Source of the DNA: Candidatus Micrarchaeota archaeon
GTDB taxonomy: Archaea; Micrarchaeota; Micrarchaeia; Anstonellales; Bilamarchaeaceae
DNA: 64,000 bases
Assembly (NCBI GenBank): GCA_038046765.1
Contig: JBBSVN010000005.1
Coordinates: 12,037 to 76,036, forward strand
Direction: 5' to 3'
The notes under the pieces are model-generated. The model saw only the letters and a list, made by a program, of their open reading frames with translations, did no database searches and had not been told where the DNA came from. Position numbers and translations under genes: made by a program. Shown here one piece after another: positions 36,799 through 45,757 of this stretch (its first letter is position 1; every line of letters begins with the position of its first letter).

Positions 36799-37927
36799 GT
36801 AACTTCATATGCCCTTCTTGTATTCCTGTTGTTGATAGGGCGTACATTGCAGCAAAATTATTTGCTAATCCAGCGCAAGCAATTGCCATAGCTAAATCCT
36901 GTGATGATTTTGCACCAAGAATTTTTAATGCTAGTTTAGCAGTTGGTAACGTATTTATTGCTCCACCAACTGTTGCAATTGCTAATGGCAATTCGATCGA
37001 ACCAACTAAATCTCCATACTCATCTTTTTCATAGTGCGTTAGCGATGTGTATCCTTTTCTTTGTTCTTTAGTTGCGGCATAAGCATGCGCTCCGGCTTCA
37101 ACTGCGCGCCAGTCATTTCCTGTAGCTAGTACAACTGCATCAATCCCGTTCATTATTCCTTTGTTATGCGTTGCGCATCGATAAACATCATTTAATGCAA
37201 ATTCGTAAGCATCTAAGAATTTTTCTATCGTTTCTTCTCCAATAATTTCCTTTTTCCAAACTGCTTTTGCCCGAACCATTCTTTTTGTTGCTAAGTTACT
37301 TAGTATTCTAAGGCGAACTTCGCTTTGGGTGTACTCTGCAATTGTTGGTGAGATTTTTTCTAAAAATGTATTAATTGTATTTGCACCCATTGCATCTGCA
37401 ACATTAACATAAAAATAAACAATTATCATTTCTCCCCTGTTCGTTTCTATTAGTTTCATTTTAAAGTTCTGTACTCCGCCTCCGTACTTAGTTAAAGACT
37501 CGGTAAGTTTTTTTGCAAGAACTAATATCTCATCTCGCTTTGCGTTTAGTGTTTCAATCGCTTTTTTCGGGTTTTTAACATTGACCAGTTGAATCTGGCC
37601 GATCATAATCGATGGATCTGCTGATGCAGTAAATCCATCTGGTAAACATAATTTAGCTGCTTTACTAGCTCCTGCAATTACGCTTGGTTCCTCAATAGCC
37701 ATCGGGATGATTTTTTCAGTTCCATTAATCTTAAAGTTCATCGCTAATCCTAGCGGCAAGTGAATCGCACCAATTGTATTTTCGATCATGGTGTTCGCAG
37801 ATTCAAGAGAAAGTGAACCGCTGTTTTTAAGTAAAATTAGTTCGTCATCGCTTAAGCTAAGTTCTTTCTTTAAAATCGCTAGCCTTTGTTCTAAGGATAG
37901 TTTATAGAAACCAGAGAAATTTGACAT
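36770..37927 (-). CDS. hmgA: HMG-CoA reductase (class II-like)
   Basis: EEPSVIAGASKAAK, DAMGANTINT, ATHNKGIMNGIDAVVLATGNDWRAVEAGAHAYA and GGAINTLP. Its 3' end overlaps the start of the downstream GT4 gene by 29 nt. Confidence 0.85.
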   Translation of the reverse strand: MSNFSGFYKLSLEQRLAILKKELSLSDDELILLKNSGSLSLESANTMIENTIGAIHLPLGLAMNFKINGTEKIIPMAIEEPSVIAGASKAAKLCLPDGFTASADPSIMIGQIQLVNVKNPKKAIETLNAKRDEILVLAKKLTESLTKYGGGVQNFKMKLIETNRGEMIIVYFYVNVADAMGANTINTFLEKISPTIAEYTQSEVRLRILSNLATKRMVRAKAVWKKEIIGEETIEKFLDAYEFALNDVYRCATHNKGIMNGIDAVVLATGNDWRAVEAGAHAYAATKEQRKGYTSLTHYEKDEYGDLVGSIELPLAIATVGGAINTLPTAKLALKILGAKSSQDLAMAIACAGLANNFAAMYALSTTGIQEGHMKLHARKNEIKG

Positions 37928-37959
37928 AAATGATATTTGGATGGATAGTTTTAAAGGAG

Positions 37960-38439
37960 CTACTTATACCCATCTTCAACCCTGGAAATGGCTTCTTCTA
38001 TATCCTTAAAAGCAGTAGTTACTTTAGAAATGTAAAATTCCTTTAATATTTCTGAAATTTTGCGCTCATCCCCGTTACCAAAAAATATCTTTCCTTTTTT
38101 ACGGTCTATTAAACCCATTTCTTTAAGCTTCAAAATATGGTAATAAACTGCCTTCGGGTAAACTTTATCTTCTTCAGTTTTTCCTTCATCAAGCTTTGCA
38201 ATTATTTGTTCGGTTGTTGGCTGTTCCTTTTTAGCGTGAAAATAAAAGAGCGCATCTAGTATTTCAAGAAGTAATTGCCTTGTTTCATTTGGATAAATTA
38301 AACCTAATGATAATGCAATCCATCTAATTAGTGATTTACGTGCTAGTTTTACATCTTCTGGAAGCGACATTTCCCGAATAATTAATTCGTTTCTAATAAG
38401 TTTTGCTTCTGGAATCATTTTTATCAAACTTCTTATCAA
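37960..38439 (-). CDS. winged-helix transcriptional regulator-like protein
   Basis: VYYHILKLKEMGLIDRKKGKIFF looks like a wHTH recognition helix plus wing. Confidence 0.45.
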   Translation of the reverse strand: MIRSLIKMIPEAKLIRNELIIREMSLPEDVKLARKSLIRWIALSLGLIYPNETRQLLLEILDALFYFHAKKEQPTTEQIIAKLDEGKTEEDKVYPKAVYYHILKLKEMGLIDRKKGKIFFGNGDERKISEILKEFYISKVTTAFKDIEEAISRVEDGYK

Positions 38440-38469
38440 AGGTAAATTATAAAAAATAACTTGGTAAAC

Positions 38470-38527
38470 TATCTTTCGATACGATGTTTTTTTTGTTTAT
38501 TAATCTTTCTATCAATATCGAAAGATA
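38470..38527. promoter_or_regulatory. 12-bp perfect inverted repeat in a divergent promoter region
   Basis: tatctttcgata (38470-38481) pairs with tatcgaaagata (38516-38527). A third atctttc copy lies between them. The element ends 30 nt upstream of ATG 38557. Confidence 0.35.
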
Positions 38528-38556
38528 TTTAAATAAGAAATGCTATTAATAGAATC

Positions 38557-39141
38557 ATGTTATCTAAGAAAGAAATTATTTATCGTTATCTGCTTGATCA
38601 GTACTTTGAGAAAAAACAGTTTAAGTTTACTCAAAGTGAACTAGCTAAATTTTTTCATATTTCCTTAAGCACAGTAAATAATGCACTTAAGCCATTACGT
38701 GCTATGGGAGCAGTAGAAGTTAAATCAAGAAGTTTCAACATGTTGGACTCTAAGAAATTGATTTTGTACTCTGCAACAATAAGAAAATTTGAAAAAGACA
38801 TAATCTATTCAACAAGGTATGAAAATTCAGTTTCAGAAATGGAAAAGCTAATGCCTTCTGGTGCTGTTTTTACTGCTTATAGTGCTTATAGATTCGCATA
38901 CAAAGATGCTCCTTCGGATTACAGTGAAATTTATGTCTATCTTTCCAAAGAAGAATTAATAGAAATAAAAGAACGTTTTCCACCTAAAACTGGGTCTCCA
39001 AATTTATTTGTTTTAGAAAAAGATTCTTTTATTAGGAAAAACAAAGTTTCATCTTCCCAAATTTTCGTAGATTTGTGGAACATTAGAACCTGGTATGCTA
39101 AAGAGTATTTAGATGCAGTTGAAAAAAGGTTATTTTTATGA
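38557..39141 (+). CDS. HTH protein, AbiEi-like putative antitoxin/regulator
   Basis: N-terminal HTH (FTQSELAKFFHISLSTVNNALKPL) and a C-terminal domain resembling AbiEi. Its stop overlaps the next start (ATGA). Confidence 0.4.
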   Translation: MLSKKEIIYRYLLDQYFEKKQFKFTQSELAKFFHISLSTVNNALKPLRAMGAVEVKSRSFNMLDSKKLILYSATIRKFEKDIIYSTRYENSVSEMEKLMPSGAVFTAYSAYRFAYKDAPSDYSEIYVYLSKEELIEIKERFPPKTGSPNLFVLEKDSFIRKNKVSSSQIFVDLWNIRTWYAKEYLDAVEKRLFL

Positions 39142-39767
39142 TCGAGAGAAAAATTAAGGAATTTTGGAGTGAAGAAGTTACAAGTGCAAGCTGGATAAGG
39201 CTGCTTGAGTTATCTAAAAAATACGATTTTATTCTTATTGGTGGATGGTCTGCTTATATGTGGACAAAAACTCATAAGTCCAAAGATATTGATATCGTAG
39301 TTAATTATCTGAGCCTGGAAGTGTTAAAAGCAGACTTTTCATTAATAAAAAATGAACGGTTGGCAAAATACGAGATCAAACAAGATAATTTTGACATTGA
39401 TGTTTATGTTTCTCATTATTCTAAACTTGCATTACCTGTTGAAATCTTAGAAAAACATACTGCAAAAGTGGAAGGTATAACTACCGTTACACCAGAAATT
39501 CTGGTTATCTTAAAGCAGGGTGCAGAGATTGATCGAAGGGGAAGTATAAAAGGAAAGAAGGATCAAATCGATTTGCTTACTTTGCTTATTTACTCGCCCT
39601 TTGATTTTAAAAAATACCTAAATCTAATTGGGGAGTTTAAGATGCAAAACTACAAAGATGAGCTTGTAAGAGTAGTTAAAGAATTTAACGAAAAAGATAT
39701 TTCTTACCTTAGTTTTGATCATCAGGAATTTATAAAGTGGAAAAAAGAGTTTTCTAAAAAACTCTAA
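39138..39767 (+). CDS. nucleotidyltransferase-fold protein (AbiEii/DUF1814- or MNT-like), putative toxin
   Basis: FILIGGWSAYMWTKTHKSKDIDIVV fits the GG/GS...[ST].D.D polymerase-beta NTase motif. It is translationally coupled to the upstream HTH gene. Confidence 0.45.
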   Translation: MIERKIKEFWSEEVTSASWIRLLELSKKYDFILIGGWSAYMWTKTHKSKDIDIVVNYLSLEVLKADFSLIKNERLAKYEIKQDNFDIDVYVSHYSKLALPVEILEKHTAKVEGITTVTPEILVILKQGAEIDRRGSIKGKKDQIDLLTLLIYSPFDFKKYLNLIGEFKMQNYKDELVRVVKEFNEKDISYLSFDHQEFIKWKKEFSKKL

Positions 39768-39768
39768 T

Positions 39769-40455
39769 TTATCCCATCAATTCATTTAATATTTCATAAG
39801 CTATCTTTGTATCTGCCTGCTTTATTACAAAATTCGTATCTGTATAGCATGAAACAAATTCAACAACGTTTATTCCTTCGCTAGCTAATGATTGGAGAAT
39901 ATGTGCAATAACGCCTGGTGTTTCTTCAAGTTCGACTGGGCTGTGCACTGAAACCAGATTTAAATTTATTTCGCTGGTTACGATGTTTCGTTTTGAATTT
40001 CTATCTATCTTTTCAAATTCTTTCTCATCTATAATGTACGTGATTGTTCCTTTACTCTCCGCGTAAGAATAATACTTTAGTTTTTCTATTTCTTTAGTTG
40101 AAATTACAACTGCAACTTTGCTTCTTATTGTTAAAGAACTTCTTTTTAGTACGTTTAATATTTTACCTTCCAAATCTTCTTCTTTTTCTGCATTTTTTTG
40201 CGTTAAACGTACAAGTGCCATTTTTATTGCATTCACAAATTGTAAGTTTGATTTCTCATTTTGTGAAGTTTTGACCGAACCACGGTCAAACTGATTTTCC
40301 TTTTTGTTCATTCCAAGTTCAATTGATATTTTTCTAGCTAGGGATGAATAGTTTACTATCCCTTCACGTATGAGTTCTTTTAGGAACGGTCTTCGTTTAA
40401 TGTAAAGTCGAACTAGTTCGCTTATTTTTTCGCTAGATTTTGCAGGTTCTTTCAT
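39769..40455 (-). CDS. HTH plus C-terminal ACT domain protein
   Basis: The C-terminal LVSVHSPVELEETPGVIAHILQSLASEGINVVEFVS is ACT-like. The N-terminal region is HTH-like. Confidence 0.5.
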   Translation of the reverse strand: MKEPAKSSEKISELVRLYIKRRPFLKELIREGIVNYSSLARKISIELGMNKKENQFDRGSVKTSQNEKSNLQFVNAIKMALVRLTQKNAEKEEDLEGKILNVLKRSSLTIRSKVAVVISTKEIEKLKYYSYAESKGTITYIIDEKEFEKIDRNSKRNIVTSEINLNLVSVHSPVELEETPGVIAHILQSLASEGINVVEFVSCYTDTNFVIKQADTKIAYEILNELMG

Positions 40456-40567
40456 GTTACAAATAGAACAGTAGTGTATTAAAATATAACAGTTGTTACG
40501 AAAAGTTTAAATGTGCGTTTTTGTGCATTAGTAGCTGGTGATATTTGTGTCAGTAGTAAATTTAGCA

Positions 40568-41791
40568 ATGGAATTAGGAAAGTTAAAAATGGTAAGTAGC
40601 AAGGATCCAAAAGAACAGTTTGCAAAAAAAGCAACTTTTGCTGCGGGATTTCTAATGCTGGAGCAGTTATTTAAGTCAGCTGGTGCAGATGTTTTTTACA
40701 TTGATGGGAAAGGGGATAAACACAAGCAAGTCGAAAGCGTGGAAACTCCATATAAAACAATTGTAGCAGCTAAGGGAAACCCAGAAAAGATATTTACTGG
40801 ACATATTGATGTAGTTCCAGGCAATGAATCACAGTTTGAGCCAAAGCAAGAAGAGGATAAATTAATCATGCGTGGAGCATGCGATATGCTAGCCCCTGTT
40901 GCTGCAATGGCGCATGCTTTTGAGGAAACTAAAGCTGATAATGTTTGGTTTGCACTAAGTGATAGCGAGGAAATCGGAGAAATGCCTGGCGGAATTATTA
41001 CTTTCGTAAAACTTTACGAACATCTGCTAAAGCAACATGCAGAATTTGTATGCGACCCGGATGGTGGAAACGGTGAAATTGTTTTAGGACAAAAAGCAGT
41101 TAAATTAATCAAGTTAATTGCAACTGGCAAAAATGCACATGCTTCAAAACCATCTCAAGGATCTAATGCAATTCTTCTATTAGCTCAACAAATTATTTAT
41201 CTAAATCAGTTTTTGAACGGTTCACCTGCTGGATTTATTGGAGTTCGTGAAGGGAGTACTAATTCTCACGATGTGGATGATGTCACCTCAACGGTTGTAA
41301 CTTTTAACGGAGGAAAACAAAAAAATCAAGTTCCAGCTTATGCTCAAGCCGAAGTAGACCTTCGTTTCTGGCCCGAGCAGGAGAAAAAAATATTAGCTAT
41401 CTTGTCTAATACGCATTTTGGTTCAGACATACTATCCATATTTTCTGGAATAAATGTCGAAGAAATATTCTCAATTCCGGGTTGGATTGCCAAAGACACT
41501 AAACAAATAGAATATCTAGCTACGCTTATGCATAAATTTGGGATGCCAGTTACACAATCGTTGAGTACAGGAAATTCAGATGCTTCGCTCTTTGCAGATA
41601 TTGCGCCAATATTAATGGTTCGTCCAATATCTGCCAATCAGCATGGGCCAGAGGAATGGGTGGATACTCTTTCACTTATTGCCTTTAATCGATTAATGGG
41701 TGCGTTAATGACTGATGCTATTGCTAACAATACTTTTGTTAATACTGGGATGTATATTGTCGATTCGTACGGTCATCATTACGGAAGATAA
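40568..41791 (+). CDS. M20 family metallopeptidase/deacylase (ArgE/DapE/CPG2-like)
   Basis: FTGHIDVVPG, GACDMLAPVAA, SDSEEIG and NAHASKPSQG. I place the start at ATG 40568; the track start is GTG 40538. Confidence 0.7.
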   Translation: MELGKLKMVSSKDPKEQFAKKATFAAGFLMLEQLFKSAGADVFYIDGKGDKHKQVESVETPYKTIVAAKGNPEKIFTGHIDVVPGNESQFEPKQEEDKLIMRGACDMLAPVAAMAHAFEETKADNVWFALSDSEEIGEMPGGIITFVKLYEHLLKQHAEFVCDPDGGNGEIVLGQKAVKLIKLIATGKNAHASKPSQGSNAILLLAQQIIYLNQFLNGSPAGFIGVREGSTNSHDVDDVTSTVVTFNGGKQKNQVPAYAQAEVDLRFWPEQEKKILAILSNTHFGSDILSIFSGINVEEIFSIPGWIAKDTKQIEYLATLMHKFGMPVTQSLSTGNSDASLFADIAPILMVRPISANQHGPEEWVDTLSLIAFNRLMGALMTDAIANNTFVNTGMYIVDSYGHHYGR

Positions 41792-41848
41792 CTTGCAATT
41801 TGGGAGTTTGTAATAAATCTTGCTGAACTCTTAATCTAAAAAGGGGTA

Positions 41849-42493
41849 TTATTCATCCCAAACTCTAGGAATGCATCTTTCTGCTAGTATAATCAGTTGT
41901 CCTCTAGTTTCTAAGTCATCCCTTAATTCTTGCATTTCTAAATGTGAATTGTGCATTTTTACATCTGCAATTTTAAAAAGTAACTGTGCTAATCTAAATC
42001 CTAGTTCAATATTTTCTATTAAGAAAAGCCCTAGTGCTGTGCTTAAATCATCTGGTAGATAGGGGATTGTGAGCGGAACTGAATAACCTGCAAATCTCTT
42101 TTGTCCCCTAAAATCATGATATTCAAGTTCAAATTGTGATAATTCAAAGTGATCGTTAAAAATTCGGTTTAGCGTTTCAACTATATTATCTTTACTATTA
42201 CGCGCATTTATTAAAAAACTTAGTTTGGCCTTAAAGTTGAAATCTTTTTTATCTTCCATCTGAGTTAAAGATATTCCAAAAGCTCCTGCATCAATTTCAC
42301 TATATGGCAATGGCCTGTTTCCGCGTTCTTCTGGCAGCACTTGAGCCATTGTTGTGTGTGCTGTAATTAATCCACCTATCATACCTGATTGTGCAAATCC
42401 AAGTCTATCTAAAACAGTTCGAAGTTCTTCATGTTTTTCGTTTGGTACTTTTAATACTCTTGATCTAGGTAATAGAATACTTGCCTGTGACAT
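41849..42493 (-). CDS. hypothetical protein
   Basis: Track ORF of 214 aa. I recognise no family. Confidence 0.4.
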   Translation of the reverse strand: MSQASILLPRSRVLKVPNEKHEELRTVLDRLGFAQSGMIGGLITAHTTMAQVLPEERGNRPLPYSEIDAGAFGISLTQMEDKKDFNFKAKLSFLINARNSKDNIVETLNRIFNDHFELSQFELEYHDFRGQKRFAGYSVPLTIPYLPDDLSTALGLFLIENIELGFRLAQLLFKIADVKMHNSHLEMQELRDDLETRGQLIILAERCIPRVWDE

Positions 42494-42606
42494 TTAGTTT
42501 TCACCTAGTTATAAATATTATAAGAATAAGTTTATTAATGTTGTGAAAAAAGTTAAAAAAAGAAAGCTACCTGCCCAGTGCTCAATAGCCCAAGGCTCAA
42601 AGCCAA

Positions 42607-43986
42607 TCACACATTCCAGTATCTTTCCATTTCCCATGCGCTTATGCTTTTTTGGCTGTCCTTGAACTCTTGCAATTTCGAGTCTAAATAATCTCCAAGA
42701 AGTTCAGTTGGAATAACTCCCTTAATAAATTTAGGATCAGTTTCCAGTGCTTCGACTGCTTCGTATAACGTGTTTGGCAACTTATTCCATTTCCTTTTCT
42801 TTGCCTCTTCTTCATTTTCGCTTAATGGGTCACCTGGATCTATTTTATTCTTAATTCCATCAATTCCGGCAGCGATTATTGCTGAATAAGCCAAGTATGG
42901 ATTTACTGAAGGATCGGCATTGTTAAACACAACTCGCTTTACTTCCTTTGCATTTTTCTTTGTAAATGGTGCGAGTACTAATGCCTTTCTGTTATCTTTG
43001 CTCCAGCCAACAACTTTTTTATCCATTGTCATTCTTTTATAGGAATTTGTTGTCGGGTTGGTAAATAAACAAAGTGCTGCTGCGTGTTCTAAAATTCCGC
43101 CAATATAATATCTTCCAGCTTGGCTTAGTTGGGAATACTCATCAGTTCCATCATAAAACATGTTACTATCTGCTGTTTTCCATAAGCTCTGGTGAATTGC
43201 AAGAGAACTTCCTTTTTCTCCTTTAACTGGGTATGGCATAAATGTTGCGCCCGCGTTAACTGCGTTAGCGAGGTTTCTTACAACAAATTTTAATGTCGAG
43301 ATCGCATCCGAAGCTGTTTTCATAGTATACTCTTGTATATCTATATTTTGTTGCCCTGTTGGTGATCTACCATGCCTGTGTCCATCAACAAAAAATCCAA
43401 ATGCATCTTCCATTGTTTCAGCAATCTGGTTTCGTGCAGCGTATAAACTATCATAAGGTTGCGATACAAATGCGCCATTTCTTACTCCAGATAATGGCGA
43501 TGGGTTCCAAGAAGCTTCCCTAGTATCTACTATTGTTCCAGCTCCTCTTTCTGAGGTTGTTCTATCTGTAGTTACTGTTTCAAAAATATAAAACTCTAAA
43601 CTTGCACCTATCTTCGCGCTTTTTATTCCGATTGCGCTTAAGTTTGTCTCGACTCGTTCGCTAACATATCTACAATCCTTGGGGTATCTCTCTGTATTGG
43701 GGTTCGTTACAACATCACATAATAATCTTATTGAACTAGGCTCCCATGGCAATCTTGCAACTGTGTTTGCATCGGGTAAAAGTGCCAGTTCCCCCTGTTC
43801 GCTTCTTCCAAAAACGTCGTACAAATCTGCGGCTGCAATTCCTTTACTAAACATTTGTTCATCAACATCCCGGTTCGAGATTGTTGTTTTGTGCATTAAT
43901 CCGTTAACATCAAAAAACTGTAAGTCGACCCATCGTATTTCGTTTGTTGCTATATACTTTAATACTTCATCAACAGAGGTCATCAT
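42607..43986 (-). CDS. glnA: glutamine synthetase type I
   Basis: IRWVDLQFFDVNG, the beta-grasp and catalytic motifs (FMPYPVKGEKGSSLAIHQSLW, NPTTNSYKRM), and a start at ATGATG preceded by AGGTGA. Confidence 0.9.
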   Translation of the reverse strand: MMTSVDEVLKYIATNEIRWVDLQFFDVNGLMHKTTISNRDVDEQMFSKGIAAADLYDVFGRSEQGELALLPDANTVARLPWEPSSIRLLCDVVTNPNTERYPKDCRYVSERVETNLSAIGIKSAKIGASLEFYIFETVTTDRTTSERGAGTIVDTREASWNPSPLSGVRNGAFVSQPYDSLYAARNQIAETMEDAFGFFVDGHRHGRSPTGQQNIDIQEYTMKTASDAISTLKFVVRNLANAVNAGATFMPYPVKGEKGSSLAIHQSLWKTADSNMFYDGTDEYSQLSQAGRYYIGGILEHAAALCLFTNPTTNSYKRMTMDKKVVGWSKDNRKALVLAPFTKKNAKEVKRVVFNNADPSVNPYLAYSAIIAAGIDGIKNKIDPGDPLSENEEEAKKRKWNKLPNTLYEAVEALETDPKFIKGVIPTELLGDYLDSKLQEFKDSQKSISAWEMERYWNV

Positions 43987-44047
43987 TATCACCTGATTAG
44001 TAGTGAGTGTTAGACGATTACATTGTTTAAATATGTTTGTGTCACAA

Positions 44048-44780
44048 TTATTTCCCAAACCTTCTCATTCTGTTTGCGTATTCTTTTAATGCATCATCAA
44101 AATCTGCCTTTGTAAAATCCGGCCAGAGCTTTTTAGAAAAATATAATTCACTGTAACTAGTTTGCCAAGACATTAAACCGCTTAATCTTTCTTCGCCCGA
44201 AGTTCGGATAACTAAATCTGGATGTGGCAAGCTTGCTGTGTATAAATTCTCCTCAATTATTTTTTCATCTACTTTTTTTATTCCCTTAGAAATGATCTGA
44301 TTTACTGCATCAACTATCTCCTGTCGTCCACCGTAAGCTAGTAAAAGATTTAGCTGATATTCAGTATTTTGTTTGCTTAATTCTTCAGCTTTTTTTATCA
44401 TTTCTTGTATCTTGACTGGAAACAAACCAAGTCTTCCAAAGAATCGCACGCGAACATTATATTTACCCTTTTCATCGCTCATTATCGCTTTTTTAAGATT
44501 ATCAGTAAATAGTTCAAAAAGAGTTGAAACTTCATTTTCATCGCGATCAAAGTTTTCTGTACTAAAGCCCCACATTGTAAGCATTTTAACTTCTGATTCT
44601 TTGCACCATTTTAAAACTTCCCCAATGTGCCCGATGCCTGTTGCGTATCCTTCTTTTATGCTTTTTTTATTTTCTTTAGCCCATCTCCGGTTTATGGCTA
44701 TATAGTTTTTTATTCTATAAAGAACTAATTTTTCCATCCGGGATAATGGCTATATGTTTTGGTACTTCTTTTTCATCCAT
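44048..44780 (-). CDS. uppS: cis-prenyltransferase (UPP/dehydrodolichyl-PP synthase family) whose N-terminal catalytic motif is split across two frames
   Basis: The track ORF (44048-44737) starts MEKLVLYRIKNYIAINRRWAKEN and lacks the DG of the (I/M)DGNRRWA motif. A 21-codon ORF from ATG 44780 encodes MDEKEVPKHIAIIPDGKISSL followed by a stop in another frame. Deleting the 40 nt at 44693-44732 yields an in-frame ...HIAIIPDGNRRWAKEN. Confidence 0.7.
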
Positions 44781-45738
44781 GTTTCTTTAACCCCCTATCT
44801 ATTAATTTTAATGAATTAAAATTATCAATAAATTTGAGTATGTCTGCCTGATTTTGTATCACTAATATACTGGCTGTTGTAATTTTTCCATTTCTTATTC
44901 CATTATCCTTGTAAATATGCGGTCTTTCAATTCCCATTTTTATTAATATTTCTAAACATTCCTCTAATATTCTTTTGTTGTGTTGCTTTATGGATATTCT
45001 TCTTACTTTGTTTTTAACTATGCTTACACTACCATCTGCATCAAAAAACCCAGCTAAAAAGTATTTTTGTAATTCTAAGTTATTTAATATCTTCGGGACA
45101 TTTGTTTTTTCCTTTTTATTTCCTGTTGGAATTTGGCAAATTTTAGTTAGAAAAAGGTGGATTACTTTTGATCGTCCGATCAATCTGTAAAAATTATGCT
45201 CCTTAAATAAGGGCGGTTTGTAAGCAAATAACTTGATAAATATCTCTTGTAGATATTCTAAATGATGTTTATCAATTGTTGTAATTCGAATCTCTGCGTT
45301 ATACTTTGATCCATTTCCTATCGTATCATTGGGGTTAGCTAAATGTCCATCACCCATAATATATCCTAACAAATAAGCAAGTGACGAATCAATTTGTTTA
45401 GGTAAAATGTATTTTTTTGTATTCGTTCCACCTAAATATGTTATTTTTTTGTATAATTCTAGTTCAGTAATCTGGAGTATTTCTGCTAATTTCAATAATT
45501 CCGAAATTGGTATTCCTACATCTCTTTTCGCATCCCCTAACCAGTTTATTATATTCTTGTATTTGTTGTTACTCATTTTAGCTATTTCTTTGTAAGTATT
45601 TTTTCCGAACTTAGTTTTTAAATAATTTTTTATGCTATAAGCTCGTACTTCGTCGTTTCCCTTTTCCTTAGTTATTTTAAGGTCTTGAATATAACTTCCA
45701 AGCTCTATAACTGGGTTCTTGTCCACCATATCAATCAA
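44773..45738 (-). CDS. free-standing double-motif LAGLIDADG homing-endonuclease-like protein with an N-terminal HTH region
   Basis: Two LAGLIDADG motifs are present: LAYLLGYIMGDGHL and LAGFFDADGSV. Its stop overlaps the upstream uppS ATG (ATGGATGA). Confidence 0.8.
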   Translation of the reverse strand: MIDMVDKNPVIELGSYIQDLKITKEKGNDEVRAYSIKNYLKTKFGKNTYKEIAKMSNNKYKNIINWLGDAKRDVGIPISELLKLAEILQITELELYKKITYLGGTNTKKYILPKQIDSSLAYLLGYIMGDGHLANPNDTIGNGSKYNAEIRITTIDKHHLEYLQEIFIKLFAYKPPLFKEHNFYRLIGRSKVIHLFLTKICQIPTGNKKEKTNVPKILNNLELQKYFLAGFFDADGSVSIVKNKVRRISIKQHNKRILEECLEILIKMGIERPHIYKDNGIRNGKITTASILVIQNQADILKFIDNFNSLKLIDRGLKKHG

Positions 45739-45757
45739 ATAGAATTAGAAACTACGT

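Noticed and set aside
44693-44732. The 40-nt uppS insert as a bulge-helix-bulge (archaeal mRNA) intron
   Set aside because: By hand I could find only a 4-bp ccgg/ccgg exon pairing and a 5-bp internal hairpin. No 3-nt bulge / 4-bp helix / 3-nt bulge geometry appears at the junctions. It is kept as a low-probability option in the finding, not as a call.
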